Assembly (NCBI RefSeq): GCF_036321535.1
Contig: NC_087437.1
Coordinates: 93,994,001-94,058,000 of the forward strand
DNA length: 64,000 nucleotides
Source: Camelus dromedarius
Taxonomy: Eukaryota
Direction: 5' to 3'
The notes beneath the pieces are model-generated. The model was not told the origin of the DNA. It was given only the letters and a program-made list of their open reading frames with translations, and did not search any database. Of this stretch, positions 13,274-24,265 are shown one piece after another (the first letter of the stretch is position 1; each line of letters starts with the position of its first letter). A program made the position numbers and the translations under genes.

Positions 13274-13414
13274 CTTGTATCTGTATTACATTGGATATTC
13301 ATCTAACTGGACTTGTTTTAATTTATGTTTTGAAATGAAGTGTTTGTTGTTACTTAGTAACTAATGATCCTTTGTCAAATTCTGCACACTAACAGGCACA
13401 TGCACCTATTTCTT
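13274..13414 (-). pseudogene. Internal exon (141 nt), WD40-like
   Basis: Acceptor 'gtttttgatataaacag|AAG', consensus donor 'AAG|gtgagt'. Reads CAEFDKGSLVTK...ISNVIQIQ G| in phase with the next exon. Confidence 0.65.
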
Positions 13415-13509
13415 CTGTTTATATCAAAAACTAACTAAGGAGATTTCTTTCTTTTTTTTCTTTTTTTTGGTCGTAGGTAAAAAAGAGCAAATTCAATATT
13501 TACTCTAAA

Positions 13510-14324
13510 CAATGAGAAAATTAACAAGATGTATATAATGATAGTTTTTGAACATTGGACAATAGGCAGAGTATGGCTGTGATCTGAGAAAAAGAAAGAA
13601 AGAATGTGAACCCAATGACCAGCCTAACTTTGTACCTGGGTAAAATATTTGGAGGAGAAAGCAGGGAAGGAAAACCTTAGAGAATCTAGAGACCTTGCTG
13701 AGTAGAGAGAACAGAGATTGTGGTTAAGGGGAAAAGGGTGAGCTGCCACAACTGGAAGTTGTGGGACAGAATTCAGTAAAGGAGAGAGATACAGAAAGAG
13801 CTCCAAATATTTAAATAATGTTTTCCCTATTTAAATAAGATTATTTGCTGAGCACTCAACTATAGTGAGAAACTCAACAAGGCCAAGTAAAGAATTGCAA
13901 GGAAGGTGTAGGATGAATAATTCCCAGAGTTTGAGCAAAAGAGGGAAACAATCAAACTCCAACCAGGCAGAGTGGAGACCCTTTTAGAAATCAAACAGGG
14001 CATACATTAAAAACCACGGAGGGATGAAATCTTAGTAGAAATATTCCTGAAGTAAAGACCAGTCTAGACCTTCCACTGAAATGCTCAAAAATAGGCCTCG
14101 AAGTGATCAAACTGATCTATAAGTAACTACAGGTTAAAATAAACAAACAACCACAATAAAAAATAGCCTCAAGCTCTTTAAAGGAGATAAATAAATCCAG
14201 AGAGTCAACCTCTAACATTTATAATGTTTATCATCTTATCAAAAATGTTAGATGTATAAGGCAGCAAGAAAATGTGACCTGTAATTCAAGTCTCAATACA
14301 TTTAAAATGATTGAGTTCACAGAC
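13510..14324 (+). mobile_element. Old L1M 5' region fragment (intronic, antisense to the pseudogene)
   Basis: 'gtttttgaacattggacaataggcag..tggctgtgatctgagaaaaag' and 'ggcagcaagaaaatgtgacc' are typical of L1MC/L1M4 5' ends. Confidence 0.55.
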
Positions 14325-14326
14325 TA

Positions 14327-14835
14327 AAGATCTTCCTTGACTTACGATAGGGTTACATCCAAATAAACCCAATGTAAGTTGAAAATATCATAAATCAAAA
14401 ATGCATTTGTTACACCTAACCTACTGAATATCATAGCTTAGCCTAGTCTGCCTTAAATGTGCTCAGAACACTTAAATTAGCTTATAATTGGGCAAAGTCA
14501 TCTAACACAAAGCATATTTTATAACATAATGTTGAATATCTCATGTAATTTATTCAATGCTGTGCTGAAAGTGAAAAGCAGAATGGTTTTATGGATACAG
14601 AATGGTTTCAAGTCTATCAGTTGCTTCCTCTTGAGACTGTGTGACTGACTGGGAGCTGAGGCTCGCTGCCACTTCCAACATCACAAGAGAGTATCATACT
14701 GAGTATTGCTCGCTAGCTTCAGAAAAAATCAAAATTGAAAACTCAAAGTTCTCTTTCTACTGAATGCATATCTGTTTTGCATTATTGTAAAATTGACGAA
14801 TCATAGCTGAACCATCCTAAGTCAAAGACTGTCTA
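14327..14835 (+). mobile_element. MER47-type (TcMar-Tigger) DNA transposon fossil
   Basis: Terminal 'agatcttccttgacttacgatagggttacatcc' and 'aaccatcctaagtcaaagactgtct', flanked by TA (14325-26, 14836-37). Internal 'cctaacctactgaatatcatagcttagcctag' matches the MER47 consensus as I recall it. Confidence 0.85.
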
Positions 14836-14839
14836 TAAA

Positions 14840-15570
14840 ATCATATGTAAAACTGTATAAAACTTTAGTATTTGAAAATTAAACAAAACTCTTATAAATG
14901 ACAAATAACAGAAGAAATCACAGGGGAAAGAAAAGATATGTTTAACTAAAGGAAAATAAAAACATAACATTAAAATTTGTGGAGTAGCTTAAAACAGGCC
15001 TTCAGGTGAATTGATTTTTTTAATTGCATACAGAGAAAAGGCAAATTTTTTTTTGAGGTATGATTGACTTAAAATATATGCCCATGCAAAGAACTGCACA
15101 AAGATTTTCATATCAGCTTTATTCACAAAAATCAAGACTGGGAACAACCCCCACATCTATCAACAAGTGAATGGATAATATGTGATAGTATATTTATGCA
15201 CTGGAATACCACTAACCAATGAAAATAGGGGAAATACTGAGTCATGGAAAAACATTGATGAATTTTAACACTAATATTCTGGGCTTAAAAAATGTAATAA
15301 TGTAAAATGCCATTTATAAAAATTTCTTTTAAAAAAATCAAACAGACTGAAAATAAACTAGTGTAATGTATAGTGGAAGAAAGCTAGTCATTCATTTCCC
15401 AAGGCACAGGGTAATGGTGAGCCTTGAATGAGAATGGGCACAAGATAATATTTTAGAATGAGGAAGACATTCTATATATTCATTGTGGTAGCTGTGATTA
15501 TACAAATACAAAAATTTGTCAAAACTTTTATATATATGTACTTATTGCATTTGATTGCATTTACAAAATG
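14840..15570 (+). mobile_element. L1M fragments including 3' end (L1MC/ME-type)
   Basis: 'cagctttattcaca..aagactgggaacaaccc..catctatcaacaagtgaatggataa' L1 3' signature. Confidence 0.65.
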
Positions 15571-16431
15571 ATTGAAAATATATGAAGGGAGATACAGAAT
15601 TATACATTATATATTATTTTGATTATCAAAATTGCTAAGTTGAAAAATGAAGACAGTGATGTAAGAAACAAAATATATTTTAAACATTTACAGAATTTTA
15701 AAAATAGCAGTTGTTTGAAAATAAAGACTAAACCAAGGCAGTAATCAGATAGAATTACTTTGGAGGTTGAGCTAAGACTGGCCAACCAGGCCGGAGAGTA
15801 ATAGCAGTAGATGTTTTGTTCCAGAAATAGTAAGAAATAACCAGACAGACATAAACCTCAGAGCATTTCCTGGTTAGAAATTTATTCTGAGACCAGATTC
15901 CACAGTATCAAGAGCTTTCTTTTCTTAAGGGCAAGAACAACTGAGGCAACTCTTTCTACCTGTTCTCTCAAGTCCTTAGATCTGTGATGGGAAGAGAAAG
16001 TGAAATAGGTTTTCATCGTTGCATTTTTATGTCAACATTTTCCAGTTTAGCCAACACATGGTTTAGATAGTCTAGTGAGCTCTGTAATAGGAAAGAGGTG
16101 GGTGAAGAGGCTTCCTTCAAAGAAAGCATGTTAAAATAACATGTCCAGGGCATTAGCTAAAAAGGAGGGGAAAATCAGCCTCCAGAAATTTGATGAAATA
16201 TGATGAAATTTTTACTACTGCTTCTTGAAATGACAGAAATATAAACTCCTTTGGAAGATGTTCCATATATAAATGTTAAAATTGTAGAATATGTAAATCT
16301 CCTGAAAATCTTTCCAGTGTTTCCGATATATTTAGTAGAAGAATAAGAACTGAACTTAGAGGAAGCCCCTGGGGCAGCTGCCTGGAGTAGCAGGGCTTGC
16401 AGGAGGAAGGGTGTGGTGTGCTGGACCTTAC

Positions 16432-16676
16432 TATTCTAAACATCATTAAAGTTTACTTTTGAATTGTTTTTCTTTAGCAATATCCCAAGAGGCGTAACAA
16501 AAATGGCTACAGTGCAGTGCATCATGTAATGACTTTGCTCCAGGCTCACAAGGGTTGTTTATCTTGGCCCTGCACTCCTTTAGGGATGCCTCACAGAAGA
16601 ACTGCAGGATTTTGAGTAAAATCAGTGTTCCAGCCCTTGGCATTGCTCCTTCAAAATGATGGCCAAGTGGGAAAGC
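16432..16676 (-). pseudogene. Exon carrying the F-box-to-WD linker and first WD40-like repeat
   Basis: Acceptor 'tcattttgctactttaatag|GCT', donor 'ATA|gtaagg'. Pieces AKGWNTDFTQNPAVLL*G.PKGVQ and, in another frame, CYASWDIAKEKQF (the latter is visible in ORF 16446-16643). Confidence 0.65.
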
Positions 16677-16741
16677 CTATTAAAGTAGCAAAATGATACA
16701 TATTACATAGTTATGGAAGGGTTATGCAATTTTTAAAATAC

Positions 16742-17060
16742 TTAGCAATTTTGGATAATTTTTAATTAAATAGTTAAAAGACTTTGATCCATTTAAAGTG
16801 ATCTGGTTCAAGAGCTAGTCCTGCATATGCCATTTATATTCCAAGGTTTGGGGAAGATAACCATAACTCCACTGATAAGTGTGGCTGTGTTTTATGATCT
16901 GTGACTAGGATAGCATATTAACCATAAAATAGTGGTGCATTGTTTAATGTAGATGACTCCTAAGAGAGCTTCTTTTAGTACTCTTGATTTATGCTCCTAA
17001 AGCCAAGATAAATGTCCTGCTGGAACATTTTATTACAGTCATACTCATGTGTGATCTTGT
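16742..17060 (-). pseudogene. Probable exon after the F-box (3' boundary uncertain)
   Basis: Very strong acceptor 'ttcttatttcttccttag|ACA'. Late piece PDHFKWIKVF resembles the WKxxY/F helix after F-boxes. The donor is degenerate and would leave only a ~65-70 nt intron. Confidence 0.35.
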
Positions 17061-17849
17061 CTAAGGAAGAAATAAGAATTATGAAAACACGTGAACAGGG
17101 CAATCATTTCATGCTCTACTGATACGGAAGGTCAGCATCTACTTTGGTGAGTCTGACAGTATTTTGACTTTAGATTCAACTGTGGTAATAAAACAGTTTT
17201 CCTGTGATAAATACTTAACCTGGCACTTAGATATTTGTTCTTTTCCTAATGTTGCATGATTATAAATTAAATTTGAACAATACATACATGAAAACATTTA
17301 CAATAAATTTTATTTTATCATTTATATGTTGAATTTCTACTTATCTTTATGAGTTTGCAGGGCTTATGTTTTTCCTTTTTCTCTTTTGTCACTTTCCCCT
17401 CCTCTCCCGCCTCTTCCTTCACCTCCAGCAACTAGGCTCTTGTCATAAAAAGCCATACAAGCCAAGTCACACCAGTCATTAAATGTAACCTAACATTTTA
17501 TTGATTTTTCTGATGTCTGTTTCCTGTGTTGTCACTTTGATTGTGTGTGGATGCCCAAATGTGTTTTACCAGAGTAATTTAAACTGAATTTTCCCTCTTA
17601 ATTACTTGTCAACGTCTGTTTTCTCTTAAGTCACATTCAACCTATATTTTTGGTTTAAGAAATCCCTTCTTACTTTCATCTGTGCATATTCTGATGTCTC
17701 TTTATAATGGATTACTTTTTAACATAGGTTGACTATTCTGTTGTATTCCACAGTATATTTGATTTATTCTAGAATGATAATGGTTTAAATTTTTGATGTT
17801 GATACACTTTTTACTTAATTAGAAATGTTTAGCATACATACACACGTGC

Positions 17850-18590
17850 TCATACATTCATAGATATATATCTAAATGAATATGTAAATAGAATGTTACA
17901 AATGTAGAGAGAATATCTGTATGTACTCTACATAGCATCAGAAATAGAACATTATAAGCAGCATTGGAGTATCTTGCATATGTCTTCTCATATAGACTCA
18001 TTCATCACACACAAAATTATCTTAAATTTGTGTTTGTCATTCCTCTGCTTAATATCTATAACTAAAATGTAATATATAGCCTCATTTTCCATGTTTTTGA
18101 AATTTCAATACATGAAATTAAATTGTATATGATCTTTTGCAACTTGGCCTTTCATTCAGCATCACGTTCTTGAAGATCAGTCACGTTGATCTGCATAGCT
18201 CCAGTTCACTTACTCTCTATTGCTTTAATATTTCTTTGTATGAGTATTTCATAACTCATTTTTCTATTCTTTGCTGATAGACATTTGTGTTGTTCCAGTG
18301 TTTTTGTATGATAAACATTGCCATGGATATTTTCAGCCTTGTTGCCATGTATATTTGGGTGAAAATTTCTCTAGGACGTTGGGGTAAATGCTTCAATTTT
18401 ACTGGCTGACCTAAGATCATTTTCAAATTGATTGCATCCACCACACTGCCACCATAAAATTTTAAGGTCCTTATTTTTGCTAATGCATAGAGTGCCAAAC
18501 ACTTTAATTTTCATCTGTCTAATAAGTATAATTAGTATTTATTGTGGTAGTGGTTTGCATCTTCTTCTTAAGAATGAGGTTGAACAAAAA
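17850..18590 (-). mobile_element. L1ME-type 3' end fragment
   Basis: 'ttttgcaacttggcctttcattcagcatc', 'gatagacatttgtgttgttccagtgtttt', 'agtatttcattgtggtagtggtttgcat' are antisense L1 3' hallmarks. Confidence 0.7.
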
Positions 18591-18920
18591 TTGATTTTAT
18601 TTTAAGTTAATTTCATTTGAACAAAAAATAATTTTACTTTTAAAGTTTCTAAAATAATTGCTTTAATATCTACTATATTAGTAAAATATTACATTTGAAA
18701 AACAACATAGCCCATGATTCAAAATGGAGAACAAAAGAATAGTATCTCTTGTTCATTTTTGTTAAAGAAAAAATAAATTTTTTAATCTTTATTGAAAAAG
18801 ATTAATTGACTACCTTAATGATTACTGAAACATAAGCAAACATTTAAATTATTTTTATTATGTTTTTAAATCTGTATGGTCAAAAACTCCTCTAATTTTA
18901 ATTGAATTAATATAGAAAAC

Positions 18921-19025
18921 CTGTTATTTTTTAAATTTTGCAAGTAAAGCTGAATCCAGAAAAAGCACTACTTCTATAAATTTATTGAAAAAGTCCCTTA
19001 GTAATTAGTAAATAACATCACAGAA
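18921..19025 (-). pseudogene. F-box-like exon segment (5' boundary unknown)
   Basis: Reads FCDVIY*LLRDFFNKFIEVVLFLDSALLAKFKK*Q, then a weak donor 'CAG|gttttc'. The D-x-I-xx-L...E-xx-L-(F/Y)LD-xxx-L spacing fits an F-box. Confidence 0.45.
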
Positions 19026-19470
19026 AGAGTCAAGTTAGTCTTTTTTATAAGAAAGACTTTACAGGACTTTTGGGAATTACTTTTTAATTTTCATTTTTCT
19101 TTCATTTATAACCTTTCATTATAAATCTTTATAATGTCAAGAGTAATGAGATTGCCAATCAATGAAATATACATTGTATTAAAATGTGTAAATGAAGTGG
19201 AGTAGCAATGAAAATGCCACGGCCTTGGGAACTTTGATTGAAATGACGTAATTTTTACAAATGAAAATGAATAAATAATGTGTTTGAAAATGTTAATAAA
19301 CCCAAAAGTGGTACATCATGTTTAAGCCAAGAAAATCCTATGTTCAGGTATAACATATCATTAGGGAATCTGAGAAGTCATACACCTCAGTATGCAGAAT
19401 CATGAATTTTATAGAAATACTAGTTCATGATATATGGAAAATACTGATTAAAAATACTGCTTCTTATTTC

Positions 19471-20020
19471 TATTAGTTATCTGTGTTGCATATTCAATAC
19501 ATCAAAATTTAGTGTATCAAGACAACAATTAACACTTATTATTTCACAGTTTCTGTGAGTCAAGAATTCAGAAGCTGCTGAGCAAGGTAGTTTTGTCTCC
19601 AGGTCTCTCATAGATTGCAGACAGGTGTCAGCCATTGTTGCTGTCAACTTAAGGATTGTCTGGGGCAGGAAGATCCCCTTCCAACTTGTCTCACTCACAT
19701 CGAAGAAGTTGGTGCTAGGTGTTGTCAGAAGCTGTCAGTTTCTTTCAGTACAGACCTCCCCAAAAGACTGTGCATGTCCCCAGAAACAGGCAGTTGGTTT
19801 TGTTCAGAGCTTGAAATCCATGAGAAAGCATCCTAGAACCAGCAACATCTTATATAACCACTAGCAACTTTTATAGCCCAGCTTCAGAAGTCACAAGCAC
19901 CTTCCAGTATGCTGTATTACACTGGTCACAAAGATTAACCCCGATACAGCGTGGGAGGGAACTGTTTGAATAACAGAAAGTTAGGTTCATTGGGAGCCAT
20001 TTTTGAGGCTGGCTATAACA
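19471..20020 (-). mobile_element. MLT1 (ERVL-MaLR) solo LTR
   Basis: Ends 'tattagttatct..ttgc' and 'gggagccatttttgaggctggctataaca'; internal 'ttattatttcacagtttctgtgagtcaagaattcag'. Confidence 0.8.
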
Positions 20021-20149
20021 TTCCTTTTTCAAAGCTGTATATTCTTTGTATCTATCTCTCATCCTGTAGTGTTAACACTAACCAAAAAACATCTCTTATT
20101 AAGAGCATTTGTTACTTAATGATTCTCTGTTGTAATATGATTAGGGTAG

Positions 20150-20487
20150 TGTAAACAATTAACAAGCAGAAATTTCAATTAAATAGAGTTGGGAGACCAG
20201 AAAGGGGAGTGCTTACACCCTGCAAAAATACCAGAGTCCAACATGAAGAAGAAGACTCCTTCTCTTTCCTAGTAAGGACTCAGCCAATGAAAAGCCATAC
20301 TCTGTTTACTATGGCCCTCCCAACTTCCTTTTCCCCTCTATAAAAGAGTTCTCCTTCCCTTACCATGCAGAGAATTTATGCATGGCTGGCCATGGTTATA
20401 GACCCCATATTGCAATTCTCTACTGATACCAAATAAACCCATCTTTGCTGGAGAAATATATCGCAGTCAGTTTATTTCAGGTCAACA
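20150..20487 (+). mobile_element. ERV1 solo LTR, same family as the LTRs at 34808 and 36971
   Basis: TG...CA termini, CCAAT (~20284), TATAAAA (~20339), AATAAA (~20432). Aligns by eye along its whole length with both proviral LTRs. Confidence 0.85.
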
Positions 20488-21159
20488 GCGTTTCAATGGT
20501 TCAGGAAATTTTAGGTTAAAATTTCATGATACTGTGGAATGATAAACTATACTACTATTAGTCTTCTTATACAAGCTTAAGCTAAAGATATGGCCTAAGT
20601 CTTTGGTAATGAAAGAAGAAATCATCAAAATCACCAAAATGGCAGAAATGTTTCTGTCTTAAAAGGTGGAAATTAAAAAAATAAAAAACTACAGAAAGCT
20701 GGAACTCTATTTTACAAATTTGCTGAGGCCAACTTATGTAAGTTACATGATTAAATTTATATAAAGGGATTCAGGATGTGAAGATACTAAATGTCTCAAG
20801 CATAATTTTAATATTATAAAATTGTCATTAATGTACAATTATCTTTGTACTTGGGTAAACAGAATTCCTCAACCACTCTAAATATTTATAAATGCATTTG
20901 TTATAGACAGACATATCAGAAATTTAACCACAAATAGACATTACAGTAGAAATTTTAAAATGATGTCTAATACTATGTATCACTTGCCTATGACTCAATG
21001 AGATACATTAATTTCATTGGTTAAATTAACTTCAACGTATTTTACACAATTAAGTACTGGTTCAGCATGCTAACTTTTGCTTTGTGATTTAAAACCTAAA
21101 ACTTGTTTAGAAAATATTTTAATGGATACTTACTACTACTTTTGAGGTATAAATTGTTA

Positions 21160-21295
21160 ATCTGACTTTGACAATGAGGACATTAAGCCTCCGTTTACCA
21201 GCTTGCTCAAAGATTCAGAGGGCATAAAGCTAGAGAGTTTTGGGTTTGAACTTCTCTCTTTTGATTCCAAGTCAAAGCCTTATCTACTAAGCCAG
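21160..21295 (-). mobile_element. MIR fragment
   Basis: 'ttttgacaatgagga..taagcctc...cttgctcaaag...gggtttgaac..tgattccaagtc'. Confidence 0.5.
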
Positions 21296-21595
21296 GTTAC
21301 TTACATTAATCATGTTTTATAAAACAGTATACCCTAGATCCTCTTATTTTTGAAATTCTTAGTCTCAAGAACATACTTGGGATTAAAAAGAAAAGACCTA
21401 ATTGTTGAGTATTAGTATAATATTGTCATCATTTTTGATAGAGTAGTATTTCTTTTCTGTAGAACATTATTTAACAGCCAAAAATAAAAGAATGTCATTG
21501 TGTTATTTGCTTATCATATGTCCTCATGATTCATATTGCCATACAGTACAAAATGGAATGCAAGTGGACAATCTATCATGTTCAGTGTATTTTTA

Positions 21596-21625
21596 TATTA
21601 TTATTATTATTACTACTACTACTAC
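21596..21625 (+). repeat. (TAT)n/(TAC)n trinucleotide microsatellite
   Basis: Seen directly; it produces the poly-Tyr run in ORF 21536-21724. Confidence 0.9.
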
Positions 21626-22804
21626 CACATGGGCTATAGTCTAGGGTGCCTGGAGCATGAACATAAACGTATTATAGTTGAAGACTATTTTCTGTTCTCA
21701 GAGAGTGTGTTTAATTTACTATGACATAATTCAGAAGAAGACATATTTTTATCAACTGCTTGGTTTCATATTCATATCTATGAAAATGTAAAATTGATTA
21801 ATGTTTTTATAGTAAACAAATAAGTTGTGAATTTCCTTGATTTTGTTTGAAGTACGTACTCAGGAAGTGTTATGCAATTCACACCCACTTTATTCTCAAT
21901 TATTCAGAGTAACAGAGGAAAAGTATGGATTGGCATTTTGCACATCAGAGCTAGCTGACAGAATATACAATTAGGCTTGATTCATAGCATTTATTAAAAT
22001 TTCCATTTAATTGCTAATTAGTCTGTATAGATTTGTAAATGTAGGAACTGGCACTTGTATTTTTTTTTCTTAATGCTCAGCACAGCAGAAAGCATTGAAA
22101 TTTCTGAATAGTAAAATCACAGTGATTCTTCATTATGCCCTGTGGTAGTCAGGAAAATAATTATGGATTCACTAGTCCATTTATTTTCTTAACATTCCTT
22201 GTGTCACTCTCTTACTTCCCTTCCTCCCACCTCCAACATGATGTGTGGGAAAAAAATTATAGGATATTAGAACTGAAAACATAATGTAAGTCAATCTCCT
22301 TGTTTTACTTAGTAGAACATCAATATCCAGAGAAACTGTTACATATTCTGCACTTTTTGCACATCTGTCAACAGAATTCTAGCTGCAATGAATTCTGATT
22401 CCATTTTAAGGTTGCTATTGTTAATAAATTAAGTCTGATTTATTTTCTCTTTGATCCTAGTTAATTGGACAAAGAATGAATTCAGAATATTTATGTGTAG
22501 TTCAGATAGACATTGAGACATTTAAACTTTATTTTCCTTCCTTCCTCCCTCCATCCCTACCTTCTCTCTTCCTTCTTTCTTATTTGTTTTTGAAATTTCA
22601 AAGTTGTTTAAGGGTTAAATTCCACCATCTGGCCCTTCCAATTTAAGATTATTGATTTATTAAAAGAAAAGGACAAATTCCCCAAGATATGTAAATATTA
22701 TGGCCAAACCCTGAATATCTTAGAATTGAAAAATTTGGTTTTAGTATTACATGGGAAATCTTTCAGCCATCCCTGTTAGTACAACTAAGAAATGAAATGT
22801 AATT

Positions 22805-23045
22805 AAGACCATATGCTTTGGAAGCTGAACGAACAGGGTTATGATCCTGGCTCTACTTTCATAGTTTATGGTCTTGGGTAAGTTATTTAATCTCTGTATG
22901 CCTCAGTTTAGTCATTTCTAAATAAGGGAAACCAATAGTATTTTTGTCACAGAGCTGTTATGTTGTTTAAGTTAAAACAGGTTACATAAAACCTTAGCAT
23001 ACTGTATGGAATATTGTAATAATTTTATAAATCTTAGCTATTAAC
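22805..23045 (+). mobile_element. MIR SINE, near full length
   Basis: 'gatcctggctctact...tcttgggtaagttatttaatctctgtatgcctcagttt..catttctaaataaggg' MIR core. Confidence 0.85.
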
Positions 23046-23100
23046 ACATATGAGATTGTGATTATCATTGTTCCTTCTCAGGAGCTACTTGACTCCTTTA

Positions 23101-23180
23101 ATCTATGTATGTATGTATTTATCTATATATCTATTGTCTAGTACCTATCTATTTATCTATCTACCAACCTATCTATCATC
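23101..23180 (+). repeat. Degenerate (TATC/TATG)n tetranucleotide repeat
   Basis: Seen directly. Confidence 0.8.
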
Positions 23181-23494
23181 AATTTGTAAAACTATCTATG
23201 CATATACTCATGCCTTTATATCTACACACAGGAAGCAAATGTCTTTGTTCAATTTTTAGTAATTTGGGGCTTTATTTATGATGAAGTATAACTACTTTCT
23301 CAAAGATCCATAGCTTTCTAGGAGGCAGTATTTTAAAACGAGGACATAGACTCTAATAATATGCAGGAAACATATTAAGTAATAATCATCAAGATGGCCA
23401 ACCAAGCTCCAACTTAAAGATTCATACATGATTTACTCAACTGTTTTTTTGTTTTTTTATTATTCCTTTTTATCATTGTTTTATATTAATTCCT

Positions 23495-23860
23495 TTTTGA
23501 TTAAATTATGGTTGGTTTACAATATTGTGTTAATTTCTGGTTGCAGCATAGTAATTCAGTTATACATACATATGTTCCTTTCCATATACTTTTTCACTAT
23601 AGGCCATTACAAGGTCCTGAATATAGTTCCCTGTGCTATACAGTGGGACCTTGCTATCTATCTATTTTATATATATTAGTTAGTATCTGCAAATACCAAA
23701 CTCCCAATTTATCCCTCCATCCCCCACCCCTCCCTGCTGGTAACCACAAGTTTGTTTTCTAGGTCTGTGAGTCTGTTTCTGTTTTGTAAATACGTTCACT
23801 TGCCTCATCTTTTTAGATTCCATACGTGAGTGATACCATGTGGTATTTTTCTTTCTCCTT
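23495..23860 (-). mobile_element. Younger L1 3' end (5'-truncated, cetartiodactyl type)
   Basis: 'tttacaatattgtgttaatttctgg..cagcatagtaattcagttatacat...ggtaaccacaagtttgttttct..gtctgtgagtctgtttctgttttgtaaata' with a T-rich tail on the left. Confidence 0.85.
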
Positions 23861-24089
23861 CTAGCTTTGTCTACTGTTCTTATTTTGAATAACTGCAAGA
23901 ATTTATGCCAGCATCAGTATTTTTTTTCTGCCCTCTTTGTTTATCCAACCATTTCAGCCCATTGTCAATTTTACCTGAATAAGATTCTATGATGAAGCAC
24001 AATAAGAACATTTTTCAGGACTGCCATTGCTGGAAGAGAAGGTCAATATTCACATCTTTATTAATTGAATTTGTATTTCTTAGTAGTAA

Positions 24090-24265
24090 TTACAATAGTA
24101 GTAAAAATCTTGGCAAACACTTACTTTTTGCTAACTGTGTTGCACAAGCTTTTTGCATTCTTTTTTTAAATTTAGTTCTCACAAAAATATGAGATAGATA
24201 CTAAAATTTCCATTTTCAGTGGTGGGAGCAGAGACAGAGAAATATTAATTGCCCAAGATCAAAAG
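24090..24265 (-). mobile_element. MIR fragment
   Basis: 'aaacacttact...ttctcacaaaaatatgagatagatact..ttccattttcag..gagacagaga..attgcccaagatc'. Confidence 0.6.

Larger units (their letters stand above)
7895..19025 (-). pseudogene. Putative unprocessed F-box/WD40 (FBXW-like) pseudogene, about 9 exons, heavily disabled
   Basis: Ordered exon-like blocks in non-repeat sequence, most with AG/GT boundaries. Domain order is F-box-like, then linker, then multiple WD40-like repeats. Nearly every block has stops and/or frameshifts. Individual exons are listed separately. Confidence 0.7.
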
